Below are positions 12,414 to 24,985 of a stretch of 64,000 nt of DNA, one piece after another. The translations under genes were made by a program, and so were the position numbers. Where the stretch lies: positions 46,624,001 through 46,688,000 of the forward strand of contig OX638152.1 of the NCBI GenBank assembly GCA_951804945.1, given 5' to 3'. Under the pieces are notes generated by a model. The model had not been told where the DNA came from and did no database searches. It was given only the letters and a program-made list of their open reading frames with translations. The stretch comes from Podarcis cretensis. Lineage: Eukaryota. The stretch's first letter is position 1, and each line of letters opens with the position of its first letter.

Positions 12414-14317
12414 CTGCACACTGTACATAGCACTGACTGAAGAGGGAACAGAAAATGGGCACCTCCAGAAACTCATCCTGCACCCCTTGGTACGCTAATA
12501 AAATGCTTGGGTTCAGGGCTGACAGCCCCAAACCTGGGCCCACCAGCACTGTTTTGCACAGTAGGGGAATGCTTCAGAAAGGTAGAAGAAAGGAAATTAT
12601 AAATATATATATTCCTTTTATTCTCCTGAAATTACTTCCACCCCACTCAGGAGCTTTAATGGTACTCAAAGGCTGCCTGGAGCTCTGAATAGGAGCATCC
12701 TGGACAGTGACTGAAGAAAATTTTGTTGCAAATCATACCTTGTAAGATTATATTATCATGAACTATATAATATTGTAGTTGTTTAGGTCAGATTGCCTCG
12801 GCTGTTTTGTTGCCATATCGTGAAAAGTCATGTGGGCTCTGTTCACAAATATACAGGCTCGCTTCCCATTCCATTGAAATCTCATCTTCAAATAATGCTT
12901 CTTTCTATAATCTAAATCTCCTGCTTAGAGCTCATCCACAAGCAGTCAAAGCAATTACCTTTTTAACTTTGTCCTCCTTGTATATATTAAAGCAGGATTT
13001 TCATAAGGGTTCTTATTTATATTAATATATTTTACTTTTTTCTATTTACTTTATGTATAATACATAAAGGTAAAGTGGTTTGAACTGATCTATTAAATCA
13101 GTCTTTATTTGCATATTATTCAAACAGTTCACTATTATGCTGTAGAAAGCAATAGATGGAAACATTCTGGTGCCCTCATTCTTTCTTGAACTGCAAGTAA
13201 TCTCTGATCTCAAAACCTTTGCAAATCAATGCAGGATTGTTTATTATACTGGAAAATGTTCTTGTCTTCTTAAAAAGACTGCGTGTGTGTGCATACATGT
13301 TGACAAATAGGAAAACATATCCATGGAATGACTGAGAACACATTATTTATTATAGGTTGCTGATGATCTAATAATTCACAACACAGCAAACCAGCAGCAT
13401 CAAGAAGTATCCTGAAAGCTCATTAATAACTTTTTTTTTAAATGATGCATTCGTAGGCTGTCAATTGTTCATGCTGTCTATGGAACAATGATTTTTTTTC
13501 CAGTTGTAATTATATTATGCACGTTTTAAAAATGTATGCCGTATTTGCATCTGAATATTTCCCCTGAATAAATGATTTGGATTTTTTTCTCCAGCCAGAA
13601 TAAATGCAAACATAGGCCTTTTCCCTCTTATATAACTGTCTATATGAGAAATGCTACTTCGAATTCCTATAATATTCTTTATGAACAAACTAGATTTGAC
13701 TGTGCAGACCAGTATGTCATGTTGGGTTGCTGCCATAATCCCAAAAGGTGGGGGTGGTGGGAACTTGAAAGCACAGAGGTAGGGGAGGGAGGTGAACTCC
13801 TGCTTTTCTCCCTCAAACCTTGTCTTTCCCATCCCACATATTTTCTTGTAACCGCTCCCCCCCTCAAAGAAGAAGAAGAAAGCAGCCAGAGAAAGGTATA
13901 TTCAAAAAGAAAAATGTGATAAGAAAGAGTACAGCTCTGCCTTTCCATCTACACAATTTGGCTCTTGAAATCTACCCCAGCTTCCCAAATTGGATTGTGG
14001 CTGTCGTTATCTGCTGTACTTCTGTGTGAGACAAAACATTATTTATTTTATGCATTTATATTTTTAGAAACATTAACTTCACCAGCCTTGATGGGGAAAA
14101 AACCTGATAGAAATGAAAATGAATATTTAAATAAATATAACATGAAACTTTTTGCAACTTAGGCTGCAGTCCTAAATTGGCCTCCTTTAAACACTTGCCT
14201 TGGAGTAAGTTCTATTGACTCCTGGGTAGACATGTATACATTACTGATTGTTCTTGTTTGTTAAAGGTGAGTTCAGAAATGCTAATAAAAATCAATAAAG
14301 TTATGCCCAGTAAGGCT

Positions 14318-14820
14318 TTGCATTGTACTGTTGAGAGTATATTAACTTATGGTTTGTGTGTGTGGGTTGGGAGCTGCACAGTCAGGGGAAAAAACAATGC
14401 TGTCCAGGGTTGTAAAGACTGCGGAGAGAATAATTGGGTGCACTCTTCCCACCTTGGATCAAATCTATGCTTCCAGGTGCTATAAGAAAGCTGCAGCGAT
14501 AGCGCAGGATAGTGCACACCCCAGAAATGATCTCTTTCAGCTGCTGCCTTCTGGAAAAAGGTACAGGGTTATAAAGACTAGGACTAGCCGCCTGAGAAAC
14601 AGTTTCTATCCAAATGTGATTTTGGTTTTAAACATAGTGTAAGGAGTCTCTATGGGAGTGTATTGTATTTTAAAAATTGGGTATCAGAATTTTTAGGGGG
14701 CTAACCAGGCTGGGATAGCAGGTTTGCTGGTTTTGAATGTCTTATGTAGATCCCCCCCTCCAATTTAGTTGTTCTGTATGGGGCAATGACAATAAGATTA
14801 TCGTATCACATCGTATCGTA
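14318..14820 (+). mobile_element. Rex1/Babar-type non-LTR retrotransposon, 5'-truncated 3' fragment
   Basis: Two frames join to HCTVESILTYGLCVWVGSCTVR/EKTMLSRVVKTAERIIGCTLPTLDQIYASRCYKKAAAIAQDSAHPRNDLFQLLPSGKRYRVIKTRTSRLRNSFYP, matching the Rex1 ORF C-terminal pattern (ESILT..W; QRVV..AERIIG; HP...F.LLPSGRR; RL..SF.P); +1 frameshift in the G/A run near 14385-14394; 3' end AATGACAATAA plus (ATCGT)n tail. Confidence 0.9.
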
Positions 14821-15639
14821 AAGGAAGTGTTGTTGGGCTTTTGTTCCACGTAATTGCCTGTTGCACCTATTCAATCTAACATGGTGCATGGGCTGCAATT
14901 CTATGGTGTCTTGGAGGCTTTAGGACTGATTAGATCACCCTCTTCTACACTGGAAACAGAACTCCAGTGTCATAGAGTGAGATCCTTCAATGCTCTGGCT
15001 CAACCGACATTTGCGCTATGACCTGCGGGCCCCAAAATTTGGGGTGACATCAGGAGTGACTGGGGGCATGCTAGGGGAAGAAGCTGAGATCCAAAATCCA
15101 GGGTTCCTGACCTGCTTCCCAACTGAGAAGAAAATTAGAAGAGCTCAGGGACATACCTAAATCTCACATTCACTTTCCCTCCCATTGTTTCCAGTGGAGA
15201 AGAATGTGTTGTGGGGGAGTTGTTTTAAAAACAGGTGAGCTTTGCAGGCCTTAGCATATGGTTGAATCTACTTGTCTAAATGAATTGGGCAATGTTGTTG
15301 CTTCTCTTGTTTTAATGGGGAGGAAGTGTTCAAATATGTACCATAATCCCTTTCCCCCATGCACCTGCATTTAAAGTGGTAGAATCCGAGAAAGATTGTA
15401 AAAGTACCACCACCACCATGCTGTATTAATGGCAACTCAATTCTCCACATTCTGCTCAATAACAGAAGTATCAGCAGGCAGAATTGCAAGTTTATAGCAT
15501 TAAACAAACCTTTAGGGAGGGGAGAAAAGTTAGTCCAATGTGGACTGAACATGCTCCGTGTGCATAGAATACCAGCTGCTCAAGGGTGGGAAAGAATGGA
15601 AGGCCAAGATAAAGGGGAATAGGATGGAATATTCTAGAA

Positions 15640-15920
15640 CAGGCTTCCTCAACCTCGGCCCTCTAGATCCGTGTTTCCCAACCTTGGGTCGCCAGCTGTT
15701 TTTGGACTACAACTCCCATCATCCCTAGCTAGCAACACCAGTGGTCAGGAATGATGGGAATTGTAGTCCTCAAACAGCTGGAGACCCATGGTTGGGAAAC
15801 ATTGCTCTAGATGTTTTTGAGACTACAATTCCCATCATCCTTGACCACTGGTCTTGCTAGCTAGGGAACATGGGAGTTGTAGGCCAAAAACATCTGGAGG
15901 ACCAAGGTTGAGGAAGCCTG
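15640..15920. mobile_element. hAT MITE (outer, host of a nested insertion)
   Basis: TIRs CAGGCTTCCTCAACCT / AGGTTGAGGAAGCCTG; perfect 8-bp TSD TTCTAGAA at 15632-15639 and 15921-15928. Confidence 0.95.
15669..15804. mobile_element. hAT MITE (inner, nested)
   Basis: TIRs CCGTGTTTCCCAACC / GGTTGGGAAACATTG; perfect 8-bp TSD CTCTAGAT at 15661-15668 and 15805-15812. Confidence 0.93.
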
Positions 15921-18900
15921 TTCTAGAAAAAGGCACAACAGGCTGGCTGGGATCCTGGATCCTTTCAGCTCAGTACTGACTGCAGTGACTGGCACTGACC
16001 TTCCAGATTTAAATAATAATAATAATAATAATAATACCTTTATTTTCGGACAGAATTTGCTTCTTAGCCCTACCTGGAGATTCCAGTAATCAAACCTTGG
16101 CCATTTTGCAGGCTCTGCCACTGAACTATGTCCCTTTCCCAAAGCACTCCTCATTGGAACACTATGGCAGGTCCCAGTTGTGCAACCCTTATTCATACAG
16201 CCACAGTCATTTGCAATGTACATATATCCTCCTGTCAAACACCTCTACATGCTGCTCAGAAGGTAAGGATAGCACCTGTGTGCATGCAAATATAGCTTCT
16301 GTTCCAAATGCAGGATGGATCATGTGGAGAGTCCCTTTGCATATACAATTGTTTATTAGGACTGTTTCTTAGCTTCTTTCTGTTCACCACCTCCCTCCAA
16401 GAAAGGAAAATAATAGGAAGCACAGAGGTAAGAAAGAGAGAAGTGTGCTAAGTTTTTTTTTTAAAGAGGCCCTCATTACAGTTAGTAAGATATGGGTGAT
16501 ATTAGCACATGGGATAACAAGAAGTTTGCCGTGTGGTTGATGTATAAAATATGTGCCTCGATATCTTGCTTATTTTTAGATATTCTTTCTCTTTTTGAAT
16601 TTCCATAATGAGCATGTTGTGCCTGTCAGCATCCTAGTTCCTCACTGAAACCTTCCGTCTCTTTTATCACCAGAGTCTCAAATGTCTTGTCAAACCTCGT
16701 AATTATTTCCTAGAGTCAAATCTGCCATTAATCCTCTCAGGAAAGCTCATGCAAAGTACCGTCACTCAAGGAGCATGAAGGGAGGAAGGACATGATGTGT
16801 CTGTGTCATCTCTTCAGTCTTCATGGTTCGTTGTCTAGGAGGAACTGAAACTTAAGTAACATGCCCCAGATAGAGGCACAATAGATAATATTACCTTTTG
16901 ATATTCCATTACAATGCAAACTAGAGAAAAATAATAATGGTGGCAACATTCTCTCTCCTTTTTTCTTTTTAACTTGGGTCTAATAAAAAAAAAAGAGAGA
17001 GAAAGCACATTCCATCCACTGAAACAACAAAGACTTATGGAAAAAGAAAAGTAGTGGGAAACTAATTATCGTTCCTTCGTATTTGGCCATGAAAAACATA
17101 CTATTTTGGTGGCATATTATTTTCATGCATAAAAATATGCGTTCTTAATTATGTGCATTATTAGTTCCCAATCACTATCATGAAGGCACATCTCTGTGCT
17201 CTCTTCCTGTGTTGCTCTTCTTACACTGGAGGAAAATAGTGTGCTATTTTGAAATACTAACTTTTTTATCATAGTCTCATTAAGCAGAATATTATTGCAG
17301 TTTGGGGGGAGACGAGGTAATACTTCTGTGCAACATGTAGTGCTCAAATGGAAGCCCATACATTGAGTTCACCAACAGAAAACAGTTATTCAGAAAAACT
17401 GAGGTCCAATTCATGTGGCTCCTGGTAACACAGAGCTTTTGATGGACAGTAAAGGAGGTGCTTGGTCTGCTTCATGTGTGTTGAGATCCCCAGAGAGTGT
17501 GTTTAGCTGTGTGCACAAAGTCAGAATATATAATTTTCTTTCTGGGCATGCAGTGAGGTAGCCATCCAATGAAAGCTGAGTGTTGCACCCAGAATTGTAC
17601 CTGAATGCCCCAGTAGAATATCTTTATCAATTGAAGGTATCTGAGGTCAGAACAGGTTCTGTTCTGTTATTTGCAGTTGAACATTACAATACAAATATCA
17701 CAAATCTGAGTGGCAAGTTTTTGAAAAGTCTCTGCTGGTGTTAGAACAGAAATATCATTTGAAAGGTGTCAGTTCTTTTAAATAATTGTTAACTGTAACT
17801 TCCCTTTTCTGCATATACCACACACTTAGGACCAATAAATTGACACAAAAACAGTAATGGATTCTTTTAAGGGTGCTCAGAATACTGATGAAAAACCAAA
17901 TTAGTACTCCAGATCCCACTGAAGTCAGTTACAAAATTACCACTGACTTTTATGGTTCTGGATTGCAAGCTGAATTATCTTAGCAGGGCCAGTTACTATC
18001 TCACAGTCGAGACACAGCTGGTTTTAATGTGTACATTTCTTGCAGCAGGGATGTCTGCAGGATTAACTTCAGACTTGAAAGTGAAAAGATAATGTAAATG
18101 TGAGAGAATAAAACCAGGCCATAGAAATTGTAGCAGCATATGGTGCAAAAGCTGAAAATGTGCATGATGCAAAAATAGCTCCAAATCATAGATATTTAAT
18201 GGGCTTGAACTGGCTGTCTGTCACCTGTGAGCCTCTTCTAGCCAATGTCTGAGCTGCTGTGATTTCATGACATGTTCAGTGTTATGACTATAGAGGTGGA
18301 AGGATCAGTCACAAAATTCTGACAGGCGAATGTGATGGAAATAAAAGACCGAATTGGCTGGGGGCAACATTGCATATTGCTGGGGAGGGGGGAGGATGAC
18401 TTAAGTAGAAAGGTTTTCTAAAGAGACAGCAGCTAGGCAAGAAGAGGTGGTGGAAGGGAATGTAAGATTAACCTTTGAAGATGCCACATCGTGCATGTAT
18501 TAACACTCAGTTGTCTGATTCTAAACAAAAGTGAATTTGCTAGGAGTGCACCCTAAAATACAAGTCTGCACACTTTTGCAGGTAAGATAAGGTATTGCAG
18601 GTAAGATACACAATGAAGTTACTGAAATCACAACAAATATTGTTGTGATTACTGGAAATGGATATGGTTCACATGTTCAGAGCAACTAATGCAAAATCTA
18701 AAAAGTATACAACTGGGGAAACATGTTAAAAAACAGGATATTTAAAATTCCTGGCAATACTTTAATTACTCAGATGTTAACTTGGCTACAGCAGAATGCA
18801 AAATGAAGAGCAAAGACATATTTCTGAAAAGTACTTCAGGATTGTTTTGTTCCATGGCTTATTTGAAGCATTTGTCTGATTTGAGGCTATTTTGGATGAA

Positions 18901-19646
18901 GTCCTAGAAAATGCATGAAGTTTGATAAATATGGCTGGTTCAGAGGAACGCCCATGATGATAAAATATAATTAGGCTTAGAATATTGTTCATGGCGATGG
19001 GAAGCAAACTGAACAGGCTGGGTCATCAATAAAAGTTAGTTTGAGGAAATATCAGATGACTTAATAAGTTTAATTGGAGTTTTATTATCTGAGAGGGGAG
19101 ACCTAGTGCTAGGAAGTAAGATCATTTTAGGAACAATTGCATATGCAATTAAAATTCATCTTGATGAAATCTAGAGGGGGCAAAGCAACAGATGCAAATG
19201 TAGTTAAGTGGCAATGTTAAAATAATTCTAAACAGAAGGCCTCTTAAAATACATAAATAGAAATACATTTAGTTGGGAAGTGGGAAATCTAAAAAAGAAA
19301 GAAAGATGCAGCACAAGTTAAAAACATAATTAGAAAAATAAATTGTAAAGAGTATTTTAGATTGAAAAAGAATCTTGTTTTATTGACAGTGTCTGCAAAA
19401 ATAATAATAATGAAAGTGTAGTCTGCTTAGGGAAATGGAACACTAGAAAATGTGTGCAATTAATTGTGGTGAAGGGAGAAGATGGCAAGCTGAAATTTCC
19501 AATCAGTATTCTTGTAGTATTTAATTCTGGTGTTTTGTAAATGTCTTTTAGTACTTAACAGCTGTGTGAATCCATTTTACAGATGAAAGCATGTTGTGAG
19601 CTGTCTAAATCACACAGTAGCCCACAGCTAATGCTTACTTACAATA

Positions 19647-19887
19647 CAGTGGTACCTCGGTTTAAGAACAGTCCTGTTTATGAACGATTCGGTTTAAGAA
19701 CTCTGCAAAACCAGAAATAGTGTCCCGGTTTGTGAACTTTACCTCAGTCTAAGAACGGAATCCGAACGGTGGAAGGGCACTGGAGGCAAGAGGCCTCATT
19801 AGGGAGAGTGCACCTCGGTTTAAGAACAGTTTCGGTTTAAGAACAGACTTCCGGAACGGATTAAGTTCATAAACCAAGGTACCACTG
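19647..19887. mobile_element. Tc1/mariner-superfamily MITE (CAGTGGTACCTCGG TIR family, subtype B)
   Basis: TIRs CAGTGGTACCTCGGTTTA / TAAACCAAGGTACCACTG, TA TSD at 19645-19646 and 19888-19889. Confidence 0.93.
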
Positions 19888-19889
19888 TA

Positions 19890-20091
19890 CAGTAGACTCA
19901 CAACTTGCACGCATTTAACTTGTGCACATTCAACTTTGCACGCTTGGCAATTTAAAAAAATAGAAATGGGGGGAAGGGGAAACTTTGGCTTTAATGGTGG
20001 GTGGGATTGCCAATGTGTTTTCTCTATATGCAATTTTGGCTTTATGCACTACCCCCAGAACATAACTCCTACATCTGTTGTGGGTCTAATG
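19890..20091. mobile_element. older Tc1/mariner (Tigger-like) MITE
   Basis: TIRs CAGTAGACTCACAAC / GTTGTGGGTCTAATG flanked by TA. Confidence 0.75.
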
Positions 20092-23000
20092 TATGTTTTT
20101 AACCCATGCTGAAAAGAAAAGAGAGGATGTCAGTATTTTCATCCCTCCCATTGCAAGGATCACCAGATCATGTTTGTTTTACTTTCTGTCTGTGAAAAAG
20201 GAGAGGGCGGAAGCTACTCTTTCCAGACTTCCGTCCCTAGTACTGTGCTTTTTCTTTGATCTGTCCAGAGACAGGATGGCAGTATGAGAGCTGTTTCTCT
20301 TGTACATGTTTGTTATGTTCTTTTATTTGTTTAAGCGGTAGAAATAAATTAGGTATGCTACAAAACCTCCACAGCTTTGCTTCCGTTACTCTGCTGCATT
20401 TGATGTGCTCACATGAACAAATGTGAGTCCACAGCACCAGGACCTATTCCCCGGGAATGCTGTGCTCCTGTTCCTGTGATCGGAAGGTGCTCCCGTCACC
20501 CAGCCCATGCAGGCACTGAAGACATGGACTGAACATGGGTGTACGGAAAGAAGGTGCCTTGTATGTTTCCCATTTGGGGAGTAAATTAGTTGGGCATACA
20601 GTTTTTAGTGGGTAAATGGGCTTAAGCATCTCTCTCTTCAAGTGAAATTCTGGAAGCTCCATTACATAAGACAAAAACTTTACAAAAAAGTTTGGAAGGG
20701 CAGGTGATGTATCTATATAAAACAATATACAATGCCATATCAGGAACTTTGAGCTTTATTTCAATTTTATTTGCATTGAAAGGCATCAGTCTGCTGATGA
20801 AAATTGAGAGGTTGAAGGACAGCACCCTAAAAATTTTAATACTATAATCCCTTTCTTTTAAGTCTGTTGCTCATAACAAAAGCTAACCAAATGTTTCAGC
20901 AACCCTGTGACAAAAAATGTAGCATTGTTTGTTGCTACATTTTGTTGAATTTAAGAGATAGGTGGCAGGGAGCCCTAATTACTGTTAGATACTGTAATCT
21001 GCCACCTCCTTCAGCAGCTGTGTTGTCGTTCTAACCAGCACTCCAGACTAGCAGTAATGTTGGTGAATGCATCACTCATCCATAATTTAATTGAGGGGAC
21101 TGACCTGGCATATATTATCAAGACCTTTGTAGATCACCTGATCTCAATTAGCTATGTCCCCAGTGTACTTGGTTCAGCACCAGCAGAGACAGGAGAATCA
21201 GGTTATTTGGGCTGCCATAATGCATTGGAATTCCACTGCTTCTGTCAGGCAACCAGACTTCCTGGGGACCAAGAGTGAAGCTTGTACCTGGTGTTGGGCC
21301 AGAGAGTCAGAGTGAGTGTTCTTTTAGTGTTCCATCCACGTCACTGCTCAGCAGTCTGCTTCTGCTAGGTCAGGGAAGAAATTTCAGAAGATCTGTTGGG
21401 AAAAAACCGAGATGTGGTATTGGGAGATTTCATCATTAGTACCAAGGACACCTTGGTAGGTCCAACCTGCCTGAGCACCTTCTCATGAGCAATGTAAATA
21501 GTCATCCAAATTTCTACAATTGGATATGAGAAGACTTTTACTACCAAAACCTCTGCTTGCATTAGTGGTGGTGTATTGTCCGCAGTAATGGCAGCACCCC
21601 ACAGAGCATTAGGACACCCAAGGAAGCATTTATGTTGCTCCCTCAAATACACTCTGCCCAAGTTTTGAATTTCTGGTAATTTCTGAATTACCTGTTTAAT
21701 TCAAAATGACAGTGACCATCCTACAAACCTTCTAGGGAATAATATGATTGATTCTTGAAACAGCATTATTCAAAACATGAAAATATTCAAGCAGGACGGC
21801 ATTAAAAAAATATATCCTGCATTGCTAGAATTGCTGAAAGCATATTTCTGTGTGAAAATAATGTCCCTTTAGCCCCGGTCTGTATATAAAAAGAGCAGGT
21901 TTTTGAGATATTAGCAAATGTCTTGGTTTGCAAACTGTTCTTACTCCTATCAGTTTTGGCCACATCTCTCAAATATGGTTCATTCAAGACCCCCCCCCCC
22001 AAAAAAAACCCCGTATTTCATTTTACCTGTTCATTTATCCTTTCCTTTCAACATACCTTTCTTCTGTCCTCTTTTGTGCCAAATGTGAGGGAAGCAATAG
22101 CCAAAGGACTCCATCTATGAAGTCAAGCACAACTTCCCATTTAACCTTGGAAGGAGGCCACATGATTGACATTTCCATTCCTAGAGTAGGTCCAAGCCAT
22201 TACAAGAGCCAACTAAATTTCATTTTGCCTTATCTGCAGGTTATCATTCTTTCAAGAATCATCACATTCTGACAGGATCTTGATTTAAGGTTTTCAACTC
22301 AGCTTGGCTCAAGCTGAATTCACAAGGTCAAAAAGATTCCAGATTTGTTCATAATACAGAACCAGAAGATGGAATGCCAATCCTTTCAAGGCCCTGGAAG
22401 TGGCTAGATGTGTCTCATATTCCCATTCTCAATTAGGGCAATTTTTAAGGCTGTCAGCTCACTTTCCCCCCCTCATGTGGGTCTTTTCTCTCTTCCTTCC
22501 ACATATGAAACTTGTGACTAATTTTATCACATTTTCTTTTCCACATCATTTGAAAGTTTCAGATATTTCTGTATTTTCAGTATCGTACTATTATGAAGAA
22601 AAACAACTTGATTTTTTTTAGAGAAAGAGTTATAAGTTGGTAACAATATTTTCTCTTTTCTCAATAAATGAAAGAAACAAACAAAATAACAAGGAAACTA
22701 GTGAAAAAAGCATTTTACTTGTATTTCATGCATGTGGACCTGAATACTGCAAGGGGAACTATGCATAGATTTAATGTTAAATGTGGAGATATCCCAACTG
22801 ATATGAAAACATACACAAAGAAAAAGCAAGTGAAGTACTGTTTATTTTGAAAACTGTAAGAACAAACAATCCTGGGGCTGATGATCCCATAAACTTGTAT
22901 TTAACCCTTAAATGGCTAGGCAGATCAAACCAATTAATACATGTTATCCTCTACAGAGCAAACAGTTGATTGGGCTGTGTTAACCGAAGTGCTTTAAAAG

Positions 23001-23496
23001 CAAAAAATTAATTGTATGTGTTTGCAGCAAGCATTTGGGAAGATGTGAATGTATAATTTCTGCCTGGACATCCGTTACACATTTTAGTGATGAGGGAGCA
23101 CTTTGTGTTTTAAGGATGCATCACAGAGAAATTCTTGGTGAACATAGTGCATTTTATGCATGCATCAGGCAGAAATTCTTAACTATGTACTTAGTATAAC
23201 TAGGTACTTAGTATTGGGGGGGGGATGCATCAGTAGAATATTTTATATTTTCCCTATTCCACGCCTCTAAAACTAAATTATGTTTTCTGTGAGATGAGGG
23301 AGAATTCCAAAACAGCAGAAGACACATGGACATTTTCAGATAAAATTCCCTTTGATATTCTCATAAGAGTTTTGACTCTTTATTTTTCACTTAATAAATT
23401 AACCACTTAATAGGTATAAGATATTACCTTCAGTTGCATGGACTCCATGTGCCTATTCCAGTGAAAAGACAAATCCTTTCCAAATCTGTTCCAGTA

Positions 23497-23721
23497 CAGT
23501 GGTACCTCTGGTTACATACTTAATTCGTTCTGGAGGTCCATTCTTAACCTGAAGCATCACTTTAGCTAATGGGGTCTCCTGCTGCTGCCATGCCGCCGCT
23601 GCACAATTTCTGTTCTCATCCTGAAGCCAAGTTCTTAACCCAAGGTACTATTTCTGGGTTAGCAGAGTCTGTAACCTGAAGCATATGTAACCTGAAGCAT
23701 ATGTAACCCGAGGTACCACTG
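23497..23721. mobile_element. Tc1/mariner-superfamily MITE (subtype A)
   Basis: TIRs CAGTGGTACCTC / GAGGTACCACTG, TA TSD; two 16-bp GTAACCTGAAGCATAT subterminal repeats. Confidence 0.93.
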
Positions 23722-24482
23722 TAAACATACAAATCTGAGAGTTGGGTCCACCATTCTGCCAAGGTAGAGGTGAGGCTTGAACACAAGATTCCATACCACA
23801 TTCATATTGCTGTCATTAACACCTGCAATTTCCCAGCATTCTGGAACTTGAGTGAACATGGAAAACTCCATAACACAACATGCTGAACCATGTTTTCTTA
23901 ATTTAATAGAACACTTTCTGTTCTATTAATAAACAAGCCATAGAATGCCGCACAACGGACCACCACCAGCAGCATTTTAAACCTTTGGATGAACAAGATA
24001 TGCTTTTTTTCATTGAATTGCTGATGGACCAGGGCTGGAATTGGATACCAATATTAATTTCAGTGCCCACATTAGTCTGCAAGAGTGGTCAGTTCATCCA
24101 ATTCAGTCTTCAGGATTCATTAATTAAAACTATATGGTCTATTGATCGATCCTTTGAACAAATCTTCACCAAGACTGGATTGAAATGAAGATTTATTACA
24201 ATGTCTGCAAATGATCCAGTATCTTTCACTGTTACACCTGTACTCTACTGAATATTTTTTCCAAATATGTTCAGGCCATCATCCATCATTTTATCCTTAG
24301 AATTGGAACCAGCTCACACATACATGTGCTTCACTTGACCTATCATGATCTTCTTGTTCACTCAATGAATGTGTGAAATGTCTTCTTTTCAAGAGTATTA
24401 TTTCCAAGTTAGCACCAAGTGATCTGTGTAATTTGTGAGCACTCATTAGCACATAAAAAAGCTATTGCTTAATTTTACAGAA

Positions 24483-24546
24483 AGCCAGTGTGGCGCAGTG
24501 GTTGGAATGTAGGAATATGACCAGGGAAGCCTGCTCTCAAATCCCT
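24483..24546 (+). mobile_element. tRNA-derived SINE 5' head, diverged
   Basis: AGCCAGTGTGGCGCAGTGGTTGG (A-box-like) ... CTCAAATCCC (decayed B-box). Confidence 0.55.
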
Positions 24547-24985
24547 AGGCAGGAAGAACTAGCTGCACAATTCTGAGATGGGGGGCACCTGGCTTACCAG
24601 TAGTACATGTAAAATGGATGTAGGGGACTTAGATCCCAAACTTTATGTGAGTCAACAGTGTGATGCATCAGTTAAAAAAAAAAGTTAATGCTATTCTAGG
24701 CTGCATCAACAGAAGTATAGTGTCCAGATCAAGGGAAGTAATAGTACTAATTTATTCTGCCTTGTTCAGATCCCACCTGGAGCACTGTGTCCAGTTTTGG
24801 GCACCACAATTTTAGAAGAACGTGTGCAGAGGAGGGTGACCAAGCTTTATTGAGGGATTTGGAAAAGTGCTGTTACATGACAGATGAGCAAGCTTGTTTT
24901 GGCCTACACTGGGGGCTAGGACTTGAACTGATAGCTTCAAGTTAGAAGAAAGGAGATTCCGACTAAACTTCAGGTCAAACTTTGG
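24547..24985 (+). mobile_element. old CR1 LINE ORF2 fragment
   Basis: TGAGTCAACAGTGTGATGC...AATGCTATTCTAGGCTGCATCAACAGAAG...CACCTGGAGCACTGTGTCCAGTTTTGGGCACC (SQQC..; NAILGCINR; HLE.CVQFWAP motifs) with indels. Confidence 0.9.

Noticed and set aside
18577-18609. Short direct duplications (also about 30490-30520, 58450-58481 and 61085-61121)
   Set aside because: Ordinary 17-19-bp slippage duplications with no further structure
21663-21706. Small hairpin TTTTGAATT..GGTAATT-TCTG-AATTACC..AATTCAAAA; also 10221-10241 TTTTAGATTT-G-AAATCTAAAA
   Set aside because: Short AT-rich stems of this size are plausible by chance in 64 kb
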